DNA of 63,408 nucleotides, the filler included, from Globobulimina sp. (Eukaryota): the NCBI GenBank assembly GCA_003354225.1. It is 28 parts of 28 records of this genome, joined end to end, with 100 filler letters (N's around TTAATTAATTAA, not from the genome) between each part and the next. Parts side by side here need not be neighbours in the genome. Positions count along the whole stretch, not along the records: positions 47,640 to 49,806 come from PIVH01008475.1; positions 49,907 to 52,073 come from PIVH01008476.1; positions 52,174 to 54,340 come from PIVH01008477.1; positions 54,441 to 56,607 come from PIVH01008478.1; positions 56,708 to 58,874 come from PIVH01008479.1; 23 more parts are not named here. One strand, written 5' to 3'. The stretch's first letter is position 1, and the number at the start of each line of letters is the position of its first letter. The notes beneath the pieces were generated by a model. It was not told where the DNA came from. It did not search any database and saw only the letters and a program-made list of their open reading frames with translations. This document shows positions 47,640 to 58,974 of the stretch, one piece after another. Both the position numbers and the translations under genes were made by a program.

Positions 47640-48592
47640 GCTCCACAGTCATGCTGTTGACAGTGGCGGGGACCCAGTTATGATTATCGATTCTGACATT
47701 GAACAGCGAGGCCAGGTTCACATAGCAGCCTTGCGAGATGCTCTCGTTCAGCACGCAGCTCTTGTCCATGGTCCATAGGTGATGCTGATTGATCAACTCC
47801 ACGTCGACAATATCCATGGAACGTGCAATCAGCAACACCACCACAGCACAGATGGTCAGGAAAATGATCAGCAACACCAGACAAATGCATCGCTGTCGCA
47901 CGCGATGCCAACCAGAGTCGTACTTCAATTCCCGCCTAAAATTGGCCACAGCTTCGGTGGTTTTAGCATATACGCCGCCGCAGGGAGTATGGACCAAGCC
48001 GTCGTCGCCAATCCAGGCCATGTTTGCTGTATTTATTGCGATTTTGCGGTGCAAAGTGGTGCAGGAAACACATACGAGTTCCATAGTCGTCTCGGTGTGG
48101 CATTAAATGGTCAAAAGGGTTGATGGGGTATGCGAGATTGGAGGCGTCTTCGCGTTGCGCTTTGTGGTGTTTCTGTGGATCTGAAGTGATTATGTCAGAG
48201 GTCACTATCTCGCCCGCATCGATTAGATTGGCGTTTACCTGCAAATTGTGGCGGGGGATTAGGGCAAACGGAGCGGTTTGAGTTAAACAGGTATTGTCCA
48301 ATGATGTGTATGCGTTTAATGAATGTGCGCCATAGTCATCATTGGGCGGCATTTTTCGGGGGAGCGGTAGTTTGGATTTCGATTTTTTGGAAGATTTGCT
48401 GGGTTTTGATTTTTTGGGTCTTGTAGTGGGATTTGAAAAATTTGAAGCAAGTTCAGCGTTATTTTCTAGTTTTAATTGTGGGTCATATGATTCCTCTTCG
48501 TTGCAATCTTTCTCTTCGTTTAATCCTTCAAATGCTGCGAGATTTTTCTTATATCGTTTGCGTGATTCTGATAGTTCGTAATCTACAGACAT
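47640..48592 (-). CDS. Membrane protein, 3'-truncated; intron 48027-48075
   Basis: A GTATGT...TACAG intron joins the two overlapping ORFs (YGT|PNMAW). TM segment CLVLLIIFLTICAVVVLLIA. Confidence 0.7.
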
Positions 48593-48768
48593 GGTAAAAG
48601 CAGTTTTCTCAGGCAATAATGAGCAGTTAAATTTGGTTTTGCATCATTTTCATATAATGCAATTTTAAATGATTTCGATCTCTAATAAAATTAACAAAAG
48701 TCAACACGAACAAGTCAATACAATGAACATTTTTTTTACAAATCACATGCATTGGAAGGTATATACAG

Positions 48769-49806
48769 TCAAAACATACTATTCAGCAAACTGAAATGTA
48801 CCACTTCATTCTCAGCCGTTTGTTTACGAAGCAACGATGTAAATTTATGAATTGAACTATTAATGCGTGACAACGATATCTCACCAATTTTATGTCTGGT
48901 ATATTCCGAATAAAAACCATAATATTCCTCCACAGTCCGCTCCATGATCCGGACAGATCCTTTTTTTATTTTCTCCTTCAAATTGCGGCCCAAAACCACC
49001 GGATTAAACGTCAAATTCTCGCGATATCTCTCCATTTGTTTCATATATTTATTTCCATCCAGAAAAGCAAGTGGGCCACCATTCGAATTGTCCCATAACC
49101 AGACATGTTTCCTATTATTCATTTTAATAATATCCCTTTGTTTGTTTCTCCACAAATAAACAGAATCAAACAAATCCATTTTATTCTTTCCATCCTTTAT
49201 CACCGGCTGCAACTCACTGAGCTGTCCAGCCGCTGTCTGTCCGTGCCATTCGTACATAAAATCTGTATCTTTCGCACATTTTGGTAATTCAAACCCAATG
49301 GTTTGCGTCTGATTGATTGCATTTATACGCTCAATCCCTGGACCTGTATCAATTCGCAATGCAGTGTCTGCAGCAAACTGCTGATCCGACATTGTTTTTA
49401 TACTTCCACCACTTTGATAATCTGCAGCAAAGTTAACAGAAGTTTTTCAAAGTTTAAATGTGAGTCAATGCTGCAGCCAAAACAGTACATACATTCAACC
49501 CATTTTTGCGATGTCAAATCAAAGGAAGTACCGAAATTATAAACAGCTCTATACGCCCAATCTTTTATTTTGCAGCCCCCGCCCATGACCAGTGTGCGCG
49601 CGGTGGTGTAGCCCCAAAATGCATTATGGAAGGTGTCATATGGCAATATGCAGTGGAAACTTATTTCGTTGTCGGCCGGGAGCTCTCTGAAGGCCTCAAC
49701 GCCAGTTTCCGGATCCGCTCTGATTGCCATAATGTAGGTTTTATCATTGTCGAGGATCTCAAATACAGCCTGTTGTTTTTTTTTGTATTTGTGTTTGCAA
49801 TTTCTG
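48769..49806 (-). CDS. Hypothetical protein, 5'-truncated; intron 49422-49492
   Basis: A GTATGT...TGCAG intron joins the ORFs in frame (WVE|YYQSGG). Confidence 0.65.
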
Positions 49807-50100
49807 NNNNNNNNNNNNNNNNNNNNNNNNNNNNNNNNNNNNNNNNNNNNTTAATTAATTAANNNNNNNNNNNNNNNNNNNNNNNNNNNNNNNNNNNNNN
49901 NNNNNNACCTCCACCAAATTCAAAATAACTGCGTTATCAAATCAGTTCCAATCATATCGGATTCAATGCGAAATACCAAACTCGCCGGTCACAAAATGGG
50001 TATCTCCGCCATTCACCGTAGTGTTAAGTGTTATAATTACTATAATTTAATAAATATTTAAATAGCAATAAAAATAATACACAGTCAATATAAATTTGCA

Positions 50101-51627
50101 ATGATCAAAGAATTAAAATTAATCGAAGGTGACAAATGGTACAAAGACGAAGGCGGCAAAACAAATTTTTTATTTTTCGAGATGGGTTTACATGAAAACA
50201 ACACCAAAACACACGACTTCGTGGTATTAGATCGTGATATTTCCTTCAAATTACAATTGATATATTTCGATGATAAATCCATAGTTTTAAACCAAAACAT
50301 ATTAAAAATCGACGGTGATCAAACCTTTATTTTAGATAAAGACATCGGTAAAATACAAATCCGCTTCAAAATCGAGCAAGTTTCCTCCCATCATCAACGA
50401 CGCAGATTTTCATTGAAAGCAATCCCTACCAACGACCCAACAGTCGGCCCATGTTTCAGCAAACCGATATTAGTGTTATCGAAGCGCAACAAAGCTAAAA
50501 AAACGCCATTCCTCATGTCGCCACAGAAAAGAAAAGAAGTTGCCACCAAAAAGAAAAACAAAAACAAAAAAAGAAAACGCAAATATCACTACAAAGCGCA
50601 GAAAACGTCGCCGATTCCAAAAACATTCATTGTCGATCGCGACGATAATACGCATAAACCCGTTCAAGTGCCATTGCAGAAAAAAAGAAAATTAAACCAT
50701 ACGCCCTCACGTGTTGAAGATGATTATTTTGTGCGCAATAACAATGTGAATAACTTTACTGACAACAAATTATTACAAGTTATCAGCCAAAATGCAACCC
50801 ATTCACATCCAGCACAGCTTAATAACAACAATGCGGCGAACAGTAGCATTCAAAATGAATGTGCACTGCGACAATATTCGTATCCGTCGATAGTGGAATA
50901 TCACAAGAACCCATTGACATATTTTGATCACAGCGATGTGCGGGATATGAAAAAACAAAAACAAAATTTAGTTCGCTGTTTGAGACTCTGTTGTGATACG
51001 TTTCGGGTGCTATCATCGCGCGCAATTTATGAGCCACTGTTTGGTTTTGGAGCTCCGCATTTGAATAATGGACAGGTTGCGTATTACTGTTGTTTTTGCC
51101 ATCGGTTTGCTGCAGCTCCGGATTTGATTGATCATTATGAACATTGTAGGATATTGGCAGTGATTGAGTTGTTGGGTGGTGATGGATGTGATGCTGTACA
51201 TGTTTTGTCTGGTCATTCCAAGCCAGTACCGATTGATAATGGGCCTGATGTTGGATGTGGCAATTCGTTGTCGCCAAAGAAGGAGAAAAGCAAAGATGAG
51301 AGTGATGGCGATGGGAATAGTAACAATGCGATGGTGAATGCACTGTTGCAGAATATACCAACTTCTGCATTTCCAATTAATAATAGCAATAATATTGACA
51401 CGAATAATTTTGCTGCAGCTTTGAATCGATTGTTGCAAAATGCTGTGCCTAGCAATGTATTGGATGTCTTAGGCAAGAATGGTGTGTGTGGCGATCGCGA
51501 TGTGGTTGAAAATAACCATAATGGTGAGAGGAATAATGTGAATGGGAATAGTGGGTTTATATTTGGACGGAATTCTAAAGGGACTGATACATATCCACAA
51601 TTGTTGCGATTCAATAATAAAAAATGA
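50101..51627 (+). CDS. Putative transcription factor with a CudA/CBP60-like Ig-fold DNA-binding domain (an upstream exon probably lies in 49907-50030)
   Basis: IRFKIEQVSSHHQRRRFSL...PCFSKPILVLSKR, an NLS-like KKKRKRK, and a CCFC...HYEHC cluster. Confidence 0.5.
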   Translation: MIKELKLIEGDKWYKDEGGKTNFLFFEMGLHENNTKTHDFVVLDRDISFKLQLIYFDDKSIVLNQNILKIDGDQTFILDKDIGKIQIRFKIEQVSSHHQRRRFSLKAIPTNDPTVGPCFSKPILVLSKRNKAKKTPFLMSPQKRKEVATKKKNKNKKRKRKYHYKAQKTSPIPKTFIVDRDDNTHKPVQVPLQKKRKLNHTPSRVEDDYFVRNNNVNNFTDNKLLQVISQNATHSHPAQLNNNNAANSSIQNECALRQYSYPSIVEYHKNPLTYFDHSDVRDMKKQKQNLVRCLRLCCDTFRVLSSRAIYEPLFGFGAPHLNNGQVAYYCCFCHRFAAAPDLIDHYEHCRILAVIELLGGDGCDAVHVLSGHSKPVPIDNGPDVGCGNSLSPKKEKSKDESDGDGNSNNAMVNALLQNIPTSAFPINNSNNIDTNNFAAALNRLLQNAVPSNVLDVLGKNGVCGDRDVVENNHNGERNNVNGNSGFIFGRNSKGTDTYPQLLRFNNKK

Positions 51628-52173
51628 ATTGGGAAAATGTTATTTGTTTGTTTGTTTTTTTTATACAGTATTAGAAGTTTTTTAAATGTTTGAATATCAA
51701 AATCCTAAATCAGACTTATCAGAGCAATAAAATGCATTTTCAATTTTTCGTGTTTGTCTATGATGATTTCTACAAAGGGTTCAAAGAATATTAAGTCACA
51801 ATGCCTCTTTAGTAGGTTTAGTACCAAGATTAAACAGATCAACACTATAATCTTGTGTTATATTTATTATATTAAGTCACAATGCCAACGCACAAAATTG
51901 AAAAACAAGCAGCACAATAGGGCTCTCCGATTAGTACTGATTTTTTGAAAAACTTTTCGAACACCTCTCATTTCTTCGTTCAGTTCGAAAAGTCAGCAGC
52001 ATGACAAAAAGAAAAGGAAATACAACAGAAACTGATTGTATCATCACATGGATCCACCATCAAAACAACAAGCNNNNNNNNNNNNNNNNNNNNNNNNNNN
52101 NNNNNNNNNNNNNNNNNTTAATTAATTAANNNNNNNNNNNNNNNNNNNNNNNNNNNNNNNNNNNNNNNNNNNN

Positions 52174-54012
52174 AATACAAAACCACAAAGTATGCAGACG
52201 TTAACAACATTGATTAATTTTTATGGACATTTTGCGCAGGTTTCCAATGCATTGAATGTATTTAATTCAATTAACAATGACAGAATAAATAGCATTGTCG
52301 TCAATGCAATGCTGTCATGTTTGAGTAATGCGGGCGAAAATAATGAATGTATAACATTGTATCACAAATATGATAAGTTCCAGGATGCTGTGTCGCATTT
52401 GCTGGCATTGAGAGCTTGTCAAAAGAACAAAGATTTTAGAACCGGAACAGAGATAATTAACAAACATATTAATTTAAATGATATAAATAAAATTAGTATG
52501 GAGGCAATAAACACTTTAATAGATTTTTATGGGGATTCTGATGATTTGGAAAGGGCATTGGATTTATTTCATTGTATACCAGAGTCACAAAAAGATATTG
52601 TTTGTGTCAGTTCGATGATGACTGCATTAATAAAACATAAATATTATGATAAGGCATTGTTAGTATATGATAATTATAAAGATACAAACATTAAAACTGA
52701 CGATATATTACATTTGCTTTGTATTAAAGCGTACAAACACACCTCCAATTTTGCGAAAGGCACACAGCTTTTTGCCGATTTACATTGTGAGAACATTGAA
52801 ATTATGACCAGTCAGATAGATTTTTATGGTCATTTTGGTGAAGTTGAAAAGGCAGTGAACATATTTAATAAAATACCCATTCAGAATAGAAATACGGTTT
52901 GTATCAATGCAATGTTGTCGTGTTTTGTCAATAATAATGAATTTGAGAAAGCATTGTTGTTTTATCATGAATTTAATGCATTGCATAATGACACTGCACA
53001 TGTAATGGCGTTGAAAGCCTGTAAAAATCTGCATGATGTTGAGAGAGGAAAGTATATTGTTAATAAAATGAATATCAGTGACTTACAGAAGCATTCAATC
53101 CAATTATTAACCACTTTAATGGATTTGTATGGTGTGGGTTGTAATGATTTTAATGGAGCTTTGCATATTTTTAATTACTTGATTTGTGGTAACAATACAA
53201 ATAAAATTAATATAGAAACAATTAATACAATGATGAATGTTTATTGCAAGCATGAGATGAATGTAAAATGTCTAGCATTGTTTCAAAATATTGATACGTA
53301 TTATAATTTAACAGCAAATTTAATTTCATATTCAATTGCATTGAAAGCATGTACTCGCTGCGTATGGCTTGATTTTGGTGTGAGCTTACATGAAAAATTA
53401 AAAATGGATCCGGAAAATCAGTGGATTTTGTATGAAACTGCAATACAAATAAATTTGATTCAGATGTATGGTGCCTGCGGTAAGTTAGATGTTTGTAGTG
53501 ATTTGTTCAATGAATGGGAGAAATATTGTAAGGAAGTAAGCATTTGGAATTGTATGGTTAATGTATTTGGTAAATATGGTCATATTGAAAAAGCAATAAA
53601 TATTTATAAGCGGATGTTAGACATTGGAGTCACACCAAATAATAAGACATTTATGATATTGTTTAGTGTTTGTGGGCACAATGGGCATATTGAGGAAGCA
53701 AATAATATTTGGAATAATATGAATGTTAGTATGGATATTAAATATGATAAAGGAGTGATATCTGCATTGCTTGACTGTATGGCAAGGAATGGGAAATTAA
53801 AAGAAGCATACAATTTAATTATGGAGTACGATGACATACGTTGTGCGACTGAGAGTGATGAACAAATGTGGATGAGTCTACTTAGTGGGTGTACAAGTTT
53901 TCAAAACAAAGAAATGACAGACATAATCTATACTGAGTTTAGAAAGAGATTCAACACCAATAAAGCATACATGTCAGCTGCAAATAAGTTGATTATGCGC
54001 TCAAATAACTAG
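52174..54012 (+). CDS. PPR protein, 5'-truncated
   Basis: Repeated TLIDFYG...A...F / NAML / LALKAC units, WNCMVNVFGKYG and WMSLLSGC. Confidence 0.9.
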   Translation, partial: NTKPQSMQTLTTLINFYGHFAQVSNALNVFNSINNDRINSIVVNAMLSCLSNAGENNECITLYHKYDKFQDAVSHLLALRACQKNKDFRTGTEIINKHINLNDINKISMEAINTLIDFYGDSDDLERALDLFHCIPESQKDIVCVSSMMTALIKHKYYDKALLVYDNYKDTNIKTDDILHLLCIKAYKHTSNFAKGTQLFADLHCENIEIMTSQIDFYGHFGEVEKAVNIFNKIPIQNRNTVCINAMLSCFVNNNEFEKALLFYHEFNALHNDTAHVMALKACKNLHDVERGKYIVNKMNISDLQKHSIQLLTTLMDLYGVGCNDFNGALHIFNYLICGNNTNKINIETINTMMNVYCKHEMNVKCLALFQNIDTYYNLTANLISYSIALKACTRCVWLDFGVSLHEKLKMDPENQWILYETAIQINLIQMYGACGKLDVCSDLFNEWEKYCKEVSIWNCMVNVFGKYGHIEKAINIYKRMLDIGVTPNNKTFMILFSVCGHNGHIEEANNIWNNMNVSMDIKYDKGVISALLDCMARNGKLKEAYNLIMEYDDIRCATESDEQMWMSLLSGCTSFQNKEMTDIIYTEFRKRFNTNKAYMSAANKLIMRSNN

Positions 54013-54039
54013 TTTTTGGGAATTTCAGTTGTTTTTGAA

Positions 54040-54340
54040 TTATGATACGAAAGCGATTGAAGGTTTATTATTTGAAATAGTGATTGTATTTTGATATGAT
54101 TCACGTTTCAATTTCCAATTAAATGATTCAAATTGATCCTTATATAAATTAATTATATCAGACAACGTTTGTTCTTGATAATTATTTGCATGAAATACTA
54201 TACTAATTTCATTCCATTTATTTACGGATTTCAAGTGTAATAATATGTACTCAAATAATTTACAATCAACACAATATTCCTCGCAATTACAATCACTAAA
54301 ATTGATAATAAGATCTTTTAACTCCGGAAATAATGATTTA
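54040..54340 (-). CDS. C-terminus of a probable Family X protein
   Basis: IIIPELKDLII...QFESFNWKL resembles the LFPNVEHI...KFARFNWLF end of 22874-24861. Confidence 0.4.
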
Positions 54341-54440
54341 NNNNNNNNNNNNNNNNNNNNNNNNNNNNNNNNNNNNNNNNNNNNTTAATTAATTAANNNN
54401 NNNNNNNNNNNNNNNNNNNNNNNNNNNNNNNNNNNNNNNN

Positions 54441-54800
54441 TTGGCACCTAGTTTAGCACCAAGTTTAGCACCTAGTACTGCACAGAGTTTAGCGCCTACA
54501 CAATCACCTAGTTTAGCTCCAAGTTTAAATCCAACGACATTAAATCCAACAATAAAACACACATTAAATCCAACCACATCAAATCCAACCCTAACAACAT
54601 TAAATCCAACAATAAATCCAACCACATTAAACCCAACAACATTAAATCCGACAACGTTAAATCCAACAACGTTAAGCCCAACAACATTGAATCCAACAAC
54701 ATTATCAAATCCAACCACATCAACATTAAATCCAACAACTACAAATCCAACCACAAGAAATCCAACTACTGCACCAACAATAAATTCACCGACCACAGAT
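54441..54800 (+). repeat. Coding tandem repeats (12-nt APSL and 15-nt TTLNP units)
   Basis: Arrays of TTAGCACC(T/A)AGT and ACAACATTAAATCCA. Confidence 0.9.
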
Positions 54801-56607
54801 CCAACAGGACAGCCAACTTCAATTCAAAACACGCCATCACCAACTGCATCAAATAATTTTTTGAATAATGTGTTGGTAGTATCATTTGAATTTTGTAATT
54901 TACCATCAATACCAACACAATCTGCACTAGATACGGATGTATTAACATTCACTAATTTCTTTAGTACTCAATATAATATCCATCCCGCCTTTATCGTTGT
55001 TACAGTAACACTTGAGAATACATGTTCAACCACAACAATAAGAAGAAGAAGAGCCTTATTATCCAACAGCACCAGCAATAACAAGAACGTTACTAGTGCC
55101 ATATCATTCGGTAATGGTGCAATGGCAGCAAGTAATGCACCCAATGCATGCAATATAATTTCAAATATCTTTGCAAACCTAACAAACTGTAATCACGTAC
55201 TAATGGCAAATCTTCAGATAGCATCAAACTGTGATGAATACGAAGGGATAATAACAGGTCATGACGGTGTATGTATGCCCTGTGAACCAGGATATTTTTC
55301 AGCATCAACATCAAGTGAGTGTAGTGCGTGTCCATCTGGTACCATATCAGCATCACGACAAAGTGGAGAATGTATTGAATGTGGTTTAAATACAGCCGGT
55401 AGAGACGAAACGCGCACATTATGTGAATGTAATATTGGGCACTACATCGATGACTACTCATCAGATTTAGTAAATTGTATTAAATGTCCAGAAGGAGCTG
55501 ATTGTAACTCAATTGGAACTCGTTTGTCATTAATGAGCTCACAAAAAGGTTACTGGCGAAATTCAATTGACAGCATTAATTTTGTAAAGTGTTTTTTTCC
55601 TCATCGCTGTGCTGGTGGTTATTATTCACAATGCGAACATGATGCTTATATTGGTTATACATGCAGTGATTGCAATGATGAACAATATATTCGATCAGGT
55701 ACTTCATGTTGGGAATGTCCACAAAGCAGAGCAGAGACTGGTGTTTACATTTTGTTTAATTGTATGTTTGCTGTAATTCTATTTTTTTTCATTCTTATTG
55801 GAGTGAATGGAACAGCAAAGCGACAATTAAACATCGCCAAACTAAGGGACACAATTAAGACAGTTACAGAGTTTAAAGAGCTTGATGCTAAGATACGGTC
55901 AACGCGAAAGATTACACCTGTTGGAGCTACGCCATACACAGCAAGCACTATGACAAAACTTAAATTGATGATATTAGATTTGCAAGTTATTGCAAAACTT
56001 ACTACACTTTGGTCCCGTGAATGGTCGCCTGCATTCTCACAATTTGGGCAATGGTTAAATATTTTCAATATGGATATATTTGATACAAGCGGAGTTTTAT
56101 GTATCCAGCATGTTTCATATTATAATAGAATATTATTAGCAATATTGCTACCACTAATTACATTGTTATTTATTTTTATATTTTATGTTGTGCCGCGATT
56201 ATATATTCGAGACTCAATTTTACATAGAAAAGAATCGGAAAAGTGGGCGTCAATGAAACATACAAAAAGGAAAACAATACGATTAATAATATTCTTTTCC
56301 TATGTATTGTATATACCAATCACAAGCACAATTTTTCTGATCTATAAATGTATTGAAAAGGAAGATGGATATTATTTATTTTTTGATTTGACAGAGAGAT
56401 GTTATACAAAAGAATGGGTTTCGTGGAATTATATTTGTGGTGTACTTGGAGGTGTGTTCGTATTAGGAATACCGTTATTATTTCAATATATTGCATGGGT
56501 TAAAAAGAGGAAAAATCATTTATCGGAACCAAATGTAATTGTTTCCTATGGCATAATATATGATGGATATGACCATAGTATGATTTATGTTGATTGCATT
56601 GAATTAT
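54441..56607 (+). CDS. Cell-surface protein: mucin-like repeats, furin-like site, Cys-rich (ephrin-receptor-like) domain and multi-TM region; internal fragment
   Basis: APSL/TTLNP repeats, RRRRALL, CMPCEPGYFS...CSACPSG, GYWR and several TM helices. Confidence 0.85.
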
Positions 56608-56707
56608 NNNNNNNNNNNNNNNNNNNNNNNNNNNNNNNNNNNNNNNNNNNNTTAATTAATTAANNNNNNNNNNNNNNNNNNNNNNNNNNNNNNNNNNNNN
56701 NNNNNNN

Positions 56708-56850
56708 CAAGTAAAGTATAATTTAAATTACACTCAATAAACTTGAGATTGATTCTATCTTGCTAGACAACCCATGTGTTGCAGCAATGAAAGCAGAACC
56801 AACGACTAGAATGACAGTCCTATAGTAGGTAGCCCATTATACTTTACTTG
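56708..56850. repeat. 15-bp perfect inverted repeat starting at the contig edge
   Basis: CAAGTAAAGTATAAT (56708-56722) and ATTATACTTTACTTG (56836-56850). Confidence 0.7.
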
Positions 56851-57001
56851 AAAGGTTTTCACAGATGTAAGCTTTTTTTTTTCTGATAGGGTGAGATTTC
56901 ACTGCGTGTACTACCGCGGAGATCGAACCGACTTTTTGTGTTGCGATATCTGTACAATTGATGCCAATAACACAAGCAAAAAAAAAGAATAAACTAAATA
57001 A

Positions 57002-58874
57002 TCAGTCATTGATTGCAATGCATCCAGGACCTGTTCCCCAATCAGTTTTACAATTTGAACATTTTAAACAACATCCATTTGAATCGGATAATCCATCACA
57101 ACACTTATAATATGCCTCACATCCTTGTCCTACACCATTGCAACAATCCCATTTCTGTCTGCAGCCATTTGCACTCACTTCTTTTGCACAGCAGCTCCAT
57201 ATCTCTACATTTTTATTATCGGGACTGCATCCAATCTTATTTGATGAAAGTTTATCACAACATGACCATACTTCTGCGGCATTTATAAATGAACATTCTG
57301 TTGTACTTACATCTTGTTGACAACATTCATATCGTTCACTGCATTCTGCTCCATCTTTATCATATTCATTACAGCATGTCCACCAATATGATAATAATGT
57401 ATTCGTTTTTTTTGAATTAGTCACAGCAACAGCAGCAGGAACAGCAGCAGCAACAACCTTAGAAGTTGCAACCATAGAAGTGATAACAGCAACCATACAA
57501 GAGGCTAGAGCACCAATAATTACAGCAGTTTTAGCAACAGAAGCTATTGAAACTTTTCTTTCTCCGGGATGATATTTTCGAATTATTCCAGAATGTCTTT
57601 TTGTTATATAACCAGTATGTTTACTTTTGATAATGGTTTTTGAACCAATGTTGCCCAAATGGTAAGGAGTTAATATGCCAGTATGTCTAAATGACAATGA
57701 CGTATTATGCAACAACTCCTCTTTTGTATGACATCTTGCATCAATATATCGGGGATCACCTTCAGTTCCGCATTTACTGCATTTCTCGTTTTTAAACCAT
57801 ACTTTAAACGATGCAATTTCTTTCAGTTTATTTTCTATTGCCTCCTTTGCTTGGTTTGCGGAAAAATATCCTAATCTGATAACAATTAATATATTGTTTG
57901 GAATTATTGTTTTTGTAGATAGATAATGTTAACTCGTTTTGTTTGTCTTTTGGAATATATTCCAATTCGTCATATTTATTCCAGTCACTACATCTAAAAC
58001 CAAAGCACTTATCATTGTATATCGTTTTTCTAGATCTGGCTCCATGATCATTGGCAGCGGCAATCACGCCGGCAATATTGTCTTTTTTTGACCCTCCTTC
58101 TTTTTTTATAATAATACAACTATTCCATACTGATGTATACGTACATGTTGACTCATTATTTTCTGCATTGTCATGATCATCATTATTTATTTCTAATTTA
58201 GAGATGAATTCTGCTTTTTGGCTAAAATGTGCTTCTTTTCGTGTTGTATCACCTTTTACACACCAGATTATTTTGACATTACTGAGACTGTTCAAAGATA
58301 AATATTTAAATGCCATTTTTAATATTTGTGCATCATTTTGCGTTCGTTTAGAATCTCCAGTCCCTACAGTGTCTAAGAAATATGTATTTGCATCAAATGT
58401 GCTCGGTATTAATGATATATTCGCAGTGTCAGAGTGAACGCCATCCGACGTTTTGACATTTTTATTTCCAGATAATAACTTAATTAGCGATGATTTGCCA
58501 CTTGCTGTGCTTCCAATAAATACAATACAACACTATAAATATTCAATTAACATATCACAATGTTCAGTATTTTAGTGTATACATATTGTAGATACATAAC
58601 TTTTTGTTGCGGCAATGATTTATGTTGCACGAATAATTTAAAATCATTGCCGTTTTCATTATATTCTAAAAACGATTGTAAGTCATCAGCATCTTCAACA
58701 AATATAATTGAATTGGATTTTTCTTCTCTTTCGTATAATAATACTTTTTCTGTATCTTGAGTTATGTGATATTTTTGCACAACAAAACCTGATATCACTG
58801 AGTCTGCCAACGCATTGTCCATAACAATTGCATTAGAACATACAAATAGAAAATATTTATTCCAATCTTCCACC
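57002..58874 (-). CDS. PB1-like + P-loop GTPase + His-Gly repeats + W-x-CC Cys-rich repeats, 5'-truncated; introns 58533-58600 and 57876-57933
   Basis: Splicing joins three listed ORFs. Motifs IFVEDADDL, FIGSTASGKSS (G1), FLDTVG (G3), CSKCG..GDPR, HTG/HLG/HSG/HPG, and WTCC/WSCC/WDCC. Confidence 0.8.
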
Positions 58875-58974
58875 NNNNNNNNNNNNNNNNNNNNNNNNNN
58901 NNNNNNNNNNNNNNNNNNTTAATTAATTAANNNNNNNNNNNNNNNNNNNNNNNNNNNNNNNNNNNNNNNNNNNN

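Noticed and set aside
51789-51887. 17-bp direct repeat TATTAAGTCACAATGCC (two copies)
   Set aside because: Only two copies with no array, TIR or TSD; probably a local duplication, although it contains the reverse GTGAC motif.
54389-54796. Minus-strand VVGFN-repeat ORF
   Set aside because: It is the antisense of the mucin-like TTLNP repeats.
2718-58874. Alternative genetic code or widespread pseudogenisation to explain split ORFs
   Set aside because: Nearly all breaks resolve with short GT-AG introns that restore conserved motifs. TAA, TAG and TGA all occur as real stops.
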